Both the position numbers and the translations under genes were made by a program. 64,000 nt of DNA. Source: Candidatus Latescibacterota bacterium (lineage in GTDB: Bacteria; Latescibacterota; UBA2968; UBA8231). Numbering within the stretch: position 1 is the stretch's first letter; every line of letters begins with the position of its first letter. The stretch covers positions 4,192,001 to 4,256,000 of the forward strand of contig OZ220089.1 of NCBI GenBank assembly GCA_964291625.2. Direction: 5' to 3'. This document shows, piece after piece, positions 18,729 to 29,100 of this stretch. The notes under the pieces are model-generated. The model was given only the letters and a program-made list of their open reading frames with translations, was not told where the DNA came from and made no database searches.

Positions 18729-21527
18729 TTGACGACTGGCAGGACGTCGGGGGTGCTGAGTCTCGTGGTGCTCATCGCCACGATGCAGGCGTCCGATCTG
18801 TTCGGTCAGGCCGGCCGGCGACTCGGAGAGCGGCGGGGGGGAGAGATCACCTACGAACCCAGGGGCCCCGGGGTCATCTTCGACGCCCTCGATCCGGCCC
18901 TCAGGAAATGGTACGTGCCGCAGGAGCTCTACGAGCTGTACGGCTGGCAGCAGTGGCAGTACTCCAACTACGCCCGCACACCGTACCAGCGGTACGTGGG
19001 CACCGACCGCGAGGGCGACCCCTTCTACGATCTCTACGGCAACTACCTGACCCGGGGCTGGCTGATCTGGGACTGGAACCAGAGCCAGCCCGGCCAGTTC
19101 GGTTCCTCCCTCTACAAGGATCCCAGGTTCGCCGGCTGGTTCAGCAGCGTTCTCGTGAGTTCGGATTCGAGGGGCCAGTTCCACTACGCCATCACCGCCG
19201 GGAATCAGATCCGGACGGCGTTGACGCCGCTCACCTTCTCGAAGCCGATCTTCAACGGCCTGCAGATGGACCTGGCCACGGACAAGTACCGCGGCACCCT
19301 TCTGTTCTCGCGGATCAGCTCTCCGGTGGCCAGCACCACGTCCTCGAGGGAGCCCAGGACGGTCACCAACGCCACCAACCTGATGGGGGGGCGGGTCGTG
19401 GCCGAGGTCGGGGACTTCGTGGAGGTGGGAGCGACCCTGGTGAACGCCCACAACTCCCAGACCTTCGAGGACGCCTTCGAGCGGAACCCGCTCCAGGGCG
19501 CGCTGGCTGCCAACCAGGGAGCGGTCCCGGTTCGCCGCCTGGCCCTGGTTCTGAGCGACGATTCACCGGAGGACGGAGTGGCCGGCGCCGCCCTGTTCTC
19601 GCACGAGATCATCGTGACCACGGAGGACCCGGCCACCGGGAGGCGGCAGGAGATCCGCCAGCGGGCCCTGGCGACCGATCCGGCCCGGTGGCCCGTGGTC
19701 AGCGGCGGGTTCCACCACGAGGGTTTCCAGAGCGCCGACGGGGACGAGAAGATCGTCATCAGCTACGACCTCAACGACATCTCCTACACCGGGCCGCGTC
19801 CGGGCACGATCACCAGGATCACCTTCGAGGTGGTGGTGGCCAACGACTACCGCATCCAGGTCTGGTCCGACCGTCAGACCGGACTGCGCCCCACGCCCAG
19901 CCTGCCGCTCAGCGGCGAGGATATCGACGAGCTCGCGCCGGCCCTCTTCGAAGTGGCAAGGGCCGCGGGCAATGTGTCGGACAACTCCAACCAGACCCGG
20001 CTGGTCTTCGAGTACGGCCTGCCCACGGCGAACATGGTCTACGGGTTCACCGTGGACGTGAAGGAGGTGATGGGCTTCGATGCCTACGCCGAGCTGGCCA
20101 TCAACCGGTCCTGGCACCAGTTCCCCAACCCCGCCCTGGCCCAGGCGGACCGCGCCCTGTCGGGCCACTCCAGGGATGCAGAGGCATGGATGGTCAACGT
20201 GTCGAAGGTGGACTACCCGTTCTTCGCCTTCGGAGAAGCGTTCAGCCTGGATCCCGACTACTCCACCACGGCGTACCTCGTGGACAGCGAAGGGGACGTC
20301 CTCTACGACCATACGACCCGGCACCTCTACGAGTTCGTCGACGACAATGACGACCAGGACCGGTTCCCCGACTGGAGCCGGTGGCAGCAGGGCTCCGGCG
20401 ATGCCAACGTCTTCCCGGGATGGGACGAGAACAACGACTTCGTGTCGGACTTCAATCAGAACGACAGCAACATCCTGTCGAACCGCATCCCCGACTACGA
20501 GGAGCCCTTCTTCCGCTACCACTCGGACCGGCCCGAGTTCCTCTTCGGTATCGACCTGAACAACAACCACTGGGTCGACCGCTTCGAGAACGACGATCTG
20601 GCCGACTACCCCTACAAGCGGGACCAGCGGGGGTACAACGTCTACGGCGGCCTCTTCGCGACCCCCGGCGTCAAGGCCTCCCTGGGGCGCATGCGGGTCG
20701 ACGCCCTCTCCTCCGACCGGAAGAACCACACCACGTACGGACTGGTCACCGTCACCCACGACGATCCGCGCTTCGGCCGGGTCCGGATCTACGACATGCT
20801 CAAGCGGACCCGGGACACCATACCCGACGACCGCCGCGAGATGACTCCCTACCTCGGTCTCGCCACGGGCAATCTGATCAACATCGAGGATCAGCTCCCG
20901 GCGCGCGATACCTGGGTCAACTCGGCCTACCTGGAGTTGAGTCTCCGCCCGGTGGGGGAGATGAAGGCGGTGACCAAGCTGAAGCACGACCTGTACGCCC
21001 AGCAGGGAGACGCCCACGAACGGGGGGTCGGGCCCGTGCTCGAGGACCGCACCCATTTCTTCGGGATCATCAACAAGGCGGACTACACCTGGCGCGCCCG
21101 CAGCCTGGAGGTGCAGCCCAGGATCAAGAGCGAGTACCTCAACCAGACGCCCTTCATCCTGGACGGAGACGAGCGCCGGGAGTGGACGGGCACGGGCATC
21201 CTGCTGCTGCGGCATCCCATGTTGGGCGCCTCCTCCCTGGAGGCGGGGCTGGAGTACCACCGCGTTGCGGACCTGATGCTGAACGAGGAGGAGGCCCTGG
21301 CCGCCAACCGCGTGGGGGCCACGGGCGACTCCCGCAGCCTGGTGCTGGCCGCCCAGTGGTCCACCGTCGGCGAATACCAGGGATATACGCTGATCACCCG
21401 ATTCGGCATCATGTACACCCGGGTCTGGGACGAGTTCATCACCGCCGGCGGCCTGGGAGCCTCGGTGAAGGAAGACCGGGGCCGCGAACTGAGCACCACC
21501 TTCATCACCATAAACGCCGGACTGTGA
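18729..21527 (+). CDS. Large exported hypothetical protein, predicted outer-membrane beta-barrel with D/N-rich loops (paralog A)
   Basis: TTG after GAGGAGG; signal peptide; amphipathic beta-strand pattern; DDNDDQD, DENNDFVSDFNQND, DLNNNHWVDRFENDD; ends TTFITINAGL; barrel call is inference. Confidence 0.7.
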   Translation: MTTGRTSGVLSLVVLIATMQASDLFGQAGRRLGERRGGEITYEPRGPGVIFDALDPALRKWYVPQELYELYGWQQWQYSNYARTPYQRYVGTDREGDPFYDLYGNYLTRGWLIWDWNQSQPGQFGSSLYKDPRFAGWFSSVLVSSDSRGQFHYAITAGNQIRTALTPLTFSKPIFNGLQMDLATDKYRGTLLFSRISSPVASTTSSREPRTVTNATNLMGGRVVAEVGDFVEVGATLVNAHNSQTFEDAFERNPLQGALAANQGAVPVRRLALVLSDDSPEDGVAGAALFSHEIIVTTEDPATGRRQEIRQRALATDPARWPVVSGGFHHEGFQSADGDEKIVISYDLNDISYTGPRPGTITRITFEVVVANDYRIQVWSDRQTGLRPTPSLPLSGEDIDELAPALFEVARAAGNVSDNSNQTRLVFEYGLPTANMVYGFTVDVKEVMGFDAYAELAINRSWHQFPNPALAQADRALSGHSRDAEAWMVNVSKVDYPFFAFGEAFSLDPDYSTTAYLVDSEGDVLYDHTTRHLYEFVDDNDDQDRFPDWSRWQQGSGDANVFPGWDENNDFVSDFNQNDSNILSNRIPDYEEPFFRYHSDRPEFLFGIDLNNNHWVDRFENDDLADYPYKRDQRGYNVYGGLFATPGVKASLGRMRVDALSSDRKNHTTYGLVTVTHDDPRFGRVRIYDMLKRTRDTIPDDRREMTPYLGLATGNLINIEDQLPARDTWVNSAYLELSLRPVGEMKAVTKLKHDLYAQQGDAHERGVGPVLEDRTHFFGIINKADYTWRARSLEVQPRIKSEYLNQTPFILDGDERREWTGTGILLLRHPMLGASSLEAGLEYHRVADLMLNEEEALAANRVGATGDSRSLVLAAQWSTVGEYQGYTLITRFGIMYTRVWDEFITAGGLGASVKEDRGRELSTTFITINAGL

Positions 21528-24405
21528 TGTCCGGGCTTCCCGAAGGGCGCACGGTGCGGCCCGGGCTGGCCGCGGGCCCCTCGCGGACCCTCGTTCTCGC
21601 CGCCCTCGCGGTGGCCCTGGTCGCCGGCCCCGGCGCCGCCCGGTGGGACTACGGGAACCGCCTCGGCCTCCGCGAGGGCGGCCGGGTGAGCTACTACCCG
21701 GCGGCTCCCAGCATCGACGCGCAGACCTTCGATCCATCTCTGAAGAAGTGGTACAGGCCCCAGCAGATCGCCAACCAGTACCGCTGGCGCTGGGAGGAGA
21801 CCAACTACGCCCTCCAACGCTACCTGCGTTACCTGGCCACCGATCAGGAGGGCGACCATCAGTACGATCTCTACGGCAGGTTGCTCACCCGGGGTTGGCT
21901 GATCTACGACTGGCAGCAGAGCCGTCCCCGCACGTCGGAAGGGAACCTGCTCCACAAGACCGGGGAGTACAAGGACCTTCTCGGTTCCCTCGTGGTCTCT
22001 TCCGACGCCAAGGGGCAGCACTTCTTCCGGGTGACCGTGGGCGACGAGATCAGCACGACCCTGACGCCCATGACCTTCCGGAAGACGGCCTTCAACGGGG
22101 TCCAGTTCGACTACATGTCCGATCGCGGCTCGGCGACGGCCCTCATGTCCCGGGTCAACATCCCGCTGGTGGAGCCGAGGGCCAGTTTCGTCGACGAGTT
22201 CACCACCCTCGTCGGTCTCCGGACCGTCTGGAACGCCGCCGACTTCGTCCGCATCGGGGGGACCTTCGTGAACGCCCACAACGGGCGGAGCTCGACCCGT
22301 CCCTTCGACGGCAGTCCCTACACGGGGAGGCTGAGCTCCCACCAGGCGGGCGCCCGCATCAACCGGATCACGGTGCAGATCAGCGACGACTCCCCGGCAG
22401 ACGGCGGGGCCGGTCCCGCCCTCTACGCCCACGACATCGAGATCACCACGCGCATAGGGGAGCTGGACACGGTGCTGGTGGGCAGCCGGACCGGGTTCCA
22501 CCCGAGGGTTTCGGGCGGGGTCGCCCGGGACGGCTTCCTGGCAGCCGAAGGCGCCGGCGACCTGGGGCGGATCCGGCTGGAATACGTCTTCGCCGATCTG
22601 GAGGCGGCGGTGCCCCTGGCCGACGTGGTGAACAACATCAGCCAGGTCCGCTTCCGGATGGTCCTGAGCAACGACTACAAGGTGGAGGTCACCTCCGACC
22701 AGCAGACGGACAACGCCCTCTTCGAGCCGCGTCCGGTCTTCCGGACCCTGGCGCGGGCGCCGGGGAACGTGAAGGACCACTCCAACCTGGGCTCCGTGGT
22801 CTTCGACTACGGACTGCCCACGGCCACCCAGGTCCTCGGCTTTACGGTGGAGGCCGACGATCTGGCCGGGTTCCGGCTCTACGGCGAGTTCAACGTGAAC
22901 CACCGCTACCGCAAGTACCCCGACGTGAGCCGCGGCACCCACACCACCTCGTCCGGCATCGGCGGCCATCCCTACGCCGAAGGGTGGATGGTCAACGTGG
23001 CCAGGGTCCTCTACCCGTACTACGTCTTCGGCGAGGCCTTCGGCATGGACGCCGAGTACTCGACGTCCATGCGGTTCCTGGACACGGCGGGCCGCGTCGA
23101 CTACTCGGACACGCCCCGGGCCAGGTCCCGCTACCTCTACGACCTGGTGGACGACAACGACGACAACGACCGCAAGAACGACCAGAAGCGCATCTTCGAC
23201 GACGGCCGCACGGGAGGGGAGCGGGGCCTGGGCGTGGTGCGCGGGTTCGAGGGGTACGCGGACGAGGCGGTCTTTCCCGGCCTCGACGAGAACAACGACT
23301 TCATCTCCGATTTCAACCAGAACGACACCCGGGAGCGGCCCAACCACATCCCCGACTACGCCGAGCCCTTCCTGCGCTACAGCGTCGACCGGCCCGAGTA
23401 TCTCTTCGCCGTGGACATGAACAACAACGGCTGGGGAGACCGTTTCGAGAACGACGACGAACCCGACTACCCGTACAAGCGGGACCGCCGCGGATACAAC
23501 GTGTACGGCGGAGCGTGGATCCTGCCGGGGGCCAAGGTCACCGCGGGCCACCAGCGGGTGCGCCGCCCCTCGACGGGCGAGACGAACGCGACCAGCTATG
23601 CCCTTCTCGCCTTCGAGGGCAGCTATCCCGGCGTGGGCGAGCTGACCGTCTACAACATGCTCAAGCGGGTCGAGGACGACATCCCGGACGACCTCTTCCA
23701 GTGGCTCCAGGGGAGGTTCAGGGTCGCGGGCATGACCCCGGTACCGGACCCGCTGGCCATGCCGGACACCTGGGTCAACAAGCTCGCCCTCGGCTTCGAG
23801 CGCCTCGGGAACACCGGCATCAACTCGGAGAGCAGGCTGATCCACGAGGTGCTGCGGCAGCGGCGGGAGCTCACCGCGGATCGGGGGGGCGGAGGATCCC
23901 GAAGAGCACCCGGCGCCTCGGTCTGATCAACAAGCTGGACTGGCTCCATGCCCTGGGCCACGGCATCCAGCTCCGTCCGCGCTTCAAGCACGAGCTGTTC
24001 CTGGACGATACCCCCTACAACACGGAGTGGCTCCTGAACGACCGGGTCTTCGAGCGCCGGGAGTGGGCCGGCATGGCCTCCCTGCGGCTGGACATCCCGG
24101 TGCTGAGCCACAGCACGGTGATCGTCGGCCTGGAGCAGGTCGTCTTCCGCGACCTGGCCCAGCGGGAGGTCGCCTTCGACGAGGACCCCGTGGCGGGCCT
24201 GAATCCGGGCGATGCCACGGGGGACTTCGATGAGCTGTCCCTCGCCTTGCAGCTGGCCAATGCGAGCACGTACATGGGATACAGACTGATGGCCACCATC
24301 GGGATTCGCGTGGACAGACGGAAGAGCGACACCTTCGCCGCCAGGGACCGCTCGGATACAAGCGGTCTGTCCTTTTTCACCGTCTACGCAGGATTGAGGG
24401 AATGA
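21527..24405 (+). pseudogene. Paralog B of 18729..21527, frameshifted in a G7 run at 23883-23889 (possibly a sequencing artefact)
   Basis: ATG overlaps the upstream TGA; shares YDLYGxxLTRGWLIxDW, SDDSP, DENNDFxSDFNQND, DYPYKRD with paralog A; C-terminus (LGLINKLDW...SFFTVYAGLRE) lies in another frame; G8 would give 959 aa. Confidence 0.75.
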
Positions 24406-26081
24406 TGGGACCAGCCGGAGCGGTGCTGATCCTGGCCGCGGGGGCGGTCCTGGCCGGTTGCGGGGAAGACCCCCGCGGGCCGGTGCTGGCCGAGGTGGGG
24501 GACTCCCGCATCCACGCGTCCGACCTGCGCCGCTACGAAGAGCGCCTGGCCGAGAGCCTGAGGTCCCGGGAGGCGGGCATCGAAGGCCGGCGGCAGCATC
24601 TGCAGGCCCTGATCGACAAGGAGATCCTCATTCGGGAGGCGGCGGCGCGGGGATGGGACCGGGACCGCGACATGCGCCGCAGGCTGGAGCGCGAATGGAC
24701 CCGGCGGCTGGTGCAGGAGTTCCTGGCCCGGGAGGTGGATGCCAGGATCACCCTCGAGGAGCAGGAGGTCCGGGACCAGTACCTCAAGAGCGGACGAGAC
24801 CGCGCGGTCCGGTGCGGCCGGATCGATGTCGGGACCAGGGAAGAGGCCGAGGAGATCGTGCGCCTCCTCGAGGGCGGCGCCGACTTCGGGGAGTTGGCGA
24901 GGCAGCGCTCGACCCACCGTCCGACGGCGGCGCAGGGGGGCCTCTACACCGGCTACGTCACCCGGGACCAGATCCCCCTGGCCATCATGCGGGAGCAGGT
25001 CTATCCCCTCGAGAAGGGGGAGATCTCCGAGCCGCTGCCCCTCCCGGGCGGCTCCTACGGCGTGTTCCAGGTCGTGGAGGAGGTGACGGTTCCCCTCGAA
25101 CGGGTGCGGCGCCTGGTGGAAGCCGAACTCCACCGGGAGAAGGCCCGCGTCCGGTCCATGGAGCTGGGCCGGGAACTGCGGGATGCCCTGGACGCGCGTC
25201 CCCGGGAAGACGGTTTCGAGCTTCTCGCCGCGCGTCTGGAGAGCGGGGCCAGCTCGCTCTCCGAGGCGGAGCGCGGCGCGGTCCTCTACGAGTTCGACGG
25301 CGGCGCCGTCACCGTGGGGGAGCTCGTCGACTCGGCCCGCGAGAACTACCGGCGGTTTTCCGGCGACGCGCGGGAGCAGGTGCGGTGGTTCGCGGAGTCC
25401 GTCCTGGTTCCTCGGGCGCTGATCGTGCAGGCCGCCCGCAATGCCGGCATCGACCGCGAGCCGGGGATGGCCGCCTGGCGCCGGGCCAGGGAGCACGAGC
25501 GCCTGCTGACGGTCATCCGGAGAGAGGTGACCGACGACGTCTCCGTGGCCGAGGCCGAGGCCCGGCGCTTCCATCGCGAGAATCCGCGGCTCTTCGTCCC
25601 CCAGGAGGATCTGACGCTGGACGAGATCCTGGTGGCGACACGGGAAGAGGCGGTTGCGGTCCGCCGCCGGATCGAGGCCGGTGAGGACCTGCGGCTCCTG
25701 GCCCTGGAGCACACCCTGCGGCACCAGGCCATTCCGGACAGCGGGAGATTCCACCTCCATGAGTACGAGAGAGAGGCCCACGAGGCCCTCTTCGAAGCCG
25801 CTCGGGGAGCCGCGCCGGGCGACCTGGTGGGTCCCGTCGAAGTGGAACTGCCGGCGTCAGGAGACCGCTTCCATTCGGTGTTCCGGGTCGTCGAGTCGAC
25901 CCTCGGCGCCGGCCCCCGGCCCTTCGCCGAGGTCGAGACCCGCGCCCGGGCGATGGTCCTGCGCCGCAAGCGCGATGCGGCCTTCTACCGGTTTCTGGGG
26001 GAGTTGCGGAAACGGTACGAGTCCCAGGTCAGGATCCACGAAGAGAGCCTGAAAGCGCTGGTACGACAGGAGGGCAGCTGA
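24402..26081 (+). CDS. Parvulin-type peptidyl-prolyl isomerase/chaperone lipoprotein (SurA/PrsA-like, two rotamase domains)
   Basis: LAGC lipobox; LQALIDKEILIREA, GADFGELARQRS, GEISEP, EILVATREEA, GDLVGPVE. Confidence 0.85.
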   Translation: MMGPAGAVLILAAGAVLAGCGEDPRGPVLAEVGDSRIHASDLRRYEERLAESLRSREAGIEGRRQHLQALIDKEILIREAAARGWDRDRDMRRRLEREWTRRLVQEFLAREVDARITLEEQEVRDQYLKSGRDRAVRCGRIDVGTREEAEEIVRLLEGGADFGELARQRSTHRPTAAQGGLYTGYVTRDQIPLAIMREQVYPLEKGEISEPLPLPGGSYGVFQVVEEVTVPLERVRRLVEAELHREKARVRSMELGRELRDALDARPREDGFELLAARLESGASSLSEAERGAVLYEFDGGAVTVGELVDSARENYRRFSGDAREQVRWFAESVLVPRALIVQAARNAGIDREPGMAAWRRAREHERLLTVIRREVTDDVSVAEAEARRFHRENPRLFVPQEDLTLDEILVATREEAVAVRRRIEAGEDLRLLALEHTLRHQAIPDSGRFHLHEYEREAHEALFEAARGAAPGDLVGPVEVELPASGDRFHSVFRVVESTLGAGPRPFAEVETRARAMVLRRKRDAAFYRFLGELRKRYESQVRIHEESLKALVRQEGS

Positions 26082-26104
26082 AGCGCCGTGCGGCCCGGGG
26101 GCTG

Positions 26105-29100
26105 ATGCGGCGGCTGGTCGTCTGGCTGACGCTGCCGGTGCTGTGCGCCGCCGCCCGGGCGGACGCGGACGGCATCCGCGCCACCGTGGAGTTCATGGCC
26201 TCCGTCGGCTCCCGGGTCAGTGGCTACCCGGGCAGCGACCTGGCCGCCGACTACGTGGCCGACGCCTTCGCCGCCGCCGGCGTCCGCGAGGTCGCCGTCG
26301 AGGAGTACCCGATCACCGTGCCCCTCGACCGCGGCGGCGAGCTCACCCTCACCGCCTCGGGCGAGCGCTTCCGCCTCCACGGCCTGTGGCCCAACCACGT
26401 GCGGACCCCCACGGTGCCGGATTCCGGGCTCTCCGGTCACCTGATCTACGGCGGGGAAGGGCGCCTGTCCGAGTACGCGGGCCTCGAGCTCGCCGGCAGC
26501 ATCGTCCTCCTCGAGTTCAACACGGGCAACCGCTGGCTGGAGGCCGCCTCCCTCGGGGCCCGCGCCATCCTGTTCATCGAGCCGCAGGCCACCTCCGGGC
26601 GCGAGGCGGGGGCCAAGTTCGTCTCCGTCCCCCTCGACATACCGAGGCTCTGGATCGACGCCGCCGCCGGCGCCCGCCTGAGGGACCTGGCGGAGGACGG
26701 ACCCCTCGAGGCGCGCCTGGGGAGCCGCATGGACTGGGTCTCGCGGAAGGGCCGCAACATCTGGGGCGTGGTCCCCGGTCACCACCCCGAGCTCGGGGGG
26801 GAGACGATCGTCGTCCAAGCCTACTACGACGGCATCTCCATCGTCCCGGCCCTGGCGCCCTCGGCCGAGACCGCCGGCGGCGTCGCCGCCCTGCTGGAGC
26901 TGGCCCGGCATCTCCAACGCCGCCCGCCGGCGCGGACCGTCGTCCTGGTGGCGACCGGGGCCCACTTCCTCGCCCGGCGGGGGATCGTCGACTTCCTCGA
27001 CCGCCATGCCCGCACCCACGAGGAGTACGCCGGGCTCATGGAGAAGCCCCTCGATCCGGCCCTCTTCATCGGCCTGGACCTGACCAGCGGCAGCGATCGC
27101 ATCGGCATCTGGAACAACACCGACCGCTACGACATCAAGCGGTTCTACGTCCCCTTCGGCCGCGCCTTCACCGCCTACGCCGAGGCGGCGGCGCCCCTCC
27201 TGGGGCGCAGGGCGGAGCGCGCCCTGGTCAACGGCATCAGTCCCCTCAAGGGCCTCGACTGGTCGACCTACGTGCCCGGGGGGGTCACCGTGGACGGCCA
27301 GGTGGCCATGGCCGCGGGGCTCGTGGCCCTCTCCTTCGTCACCATCGGCGACGGCCGCTTCGTCGTCGACACGCCCCTGGACCGGCCGCAGCGGGTCGAC
27401 TTCGACAACCTGTCCCGGCAGAGCGCCTTCCTCAACCAGATCCTGAGCCGGGCCTTCGACGATCCCCGGCTGCTGGCCGACCTGGAGGACTTCGGCCCGG
27501 TCCTGAAGGACGAGCTGCGCACCTTCCGCGTCGACGTGCGCGCCTTCCCGCGCCGCAGCCAGGTGCCCGACCGGATCGTCGAGGGGGCCATCGTCGCCCT
27601 GGGCGCGGGCGCCGCGCGGCGGGCCGGGCCGGGCTTCAAGCCCCACAAGGGAGTGCGCGCCTTCCGCTTCCACCTGGCCGACGGCAACGGCAGCGCCGTG
27701 ATCCCCGGGCTGCCCCTCGGGGCCGTGCCGGTGAGCGCCTACGTCCTCGACCCCGAGACCGGCGATGTCGTCTACGCCCCCGACAGCGGCGAGCGCGCCG
27801 GCAGGCACCACGGCAAGAAGCTGGCCCAGGCGATCCGCTTCGCCGGCGAGCACAAGACCCTCGTCGTCTTCCCCTGCGCGTCCCGGCCCTTCTACGGCCT
27901 CGTCGACCCCCGATCCCTCACGGCCGTCCGGCAGATCCGGGTCGTGAACCACACGGGCGTGGCGCCCAAGGAATACGGCGTGGCCAGGGGCGAAGGCGTC
28001 CGGGAGCCGGTGGCGGTGGCCTTCGCCGCGGCCGACGACAGCCTCATGTACCTCATGTCGGACAGCATGATTCTCACCAACAGCCGCACCGACCCGCGCG
28101 GCACCGGGTACGTGGTCGGCCGGGACCCTCTCGAGCGCACCGACTACCTGGCGGTGCAGGACATGTGGCGGATCAACGACGAGCGCCTGGCGGCGATGCG
28201 CGACCACGCCATCGAGAATCCGCGGCTGGCGGCGCTGCACGCCTGGGGACGCGAGCTGATCGACCAGGCCGGGGCCGCGGCCGAGAGGCGGGACTGGGAC
28301 GCCTTCATGTCCAGGGTGCGGGCCGCCCGGGGCGTCACCTCGCGGGCCTACCCGGACGTGATGGCCACTCTGAACGACGTCATCAAGGGGCTCGTGTTCT
28401 TCCTCGCCCTGGTGCTGCCGGCCGCCTTCTTCGGCGAGCGTCTGGTCTTCGCCGCCGCCGACATCCGCTGGCAGCTGTCCGGCTTCGCCCTGATCATGGC
28501 GATCGTCTGGGCGGCCATCTCCCAGGTCCATCCGGCCTTCGACATCGCCCATCCGGCGATCATCCTCCTCGCCTTCGCCATCATGGCCATGGCCGTCTTC
28601 GTCTTCGCCATGATCTTCTCGCGCTTCAACCACTACGTGGAGGAGTTCCATGCCCGCGCCTCCCAGGTGCACCGGGCCGACATCAACCGCGTCAGCGCCT
28701 CCTACGCCGCCTTCATGCTCGGCATCTCCAACATGCGGCGCCGCAAGCTGCGCACGACTCTGACCCTGGTGACGTTGACCCTGCTCACCTTCACCGTCCT
28801 CTCCTTCACCTCCTTCCGGCAGCAGCTCGCCTTCCTCGCCTTCCCCACCGCCCACGAGGCCCGTCACGAGGGGGTCCTGATCCGCCACCCCGGCTGGAAG
28901 GAGCTGTCGTCTCCGACCCTCGACTACGTGCGCTCCCACTTCTCCCGCCATGGCGTCGTGAGCCCGCGCAACTGGCTGGTGGCCGACGCGGGCAAGCCGA
29001 AGAGCTACATCGAGGTCCAGGGGAAGGCGGGCACGGTGCGCGCCGCCGGCCTGCTGGGACTGTCGCCGCAGGAGCCCCGGGTCACCGGCATCGACGAGGC

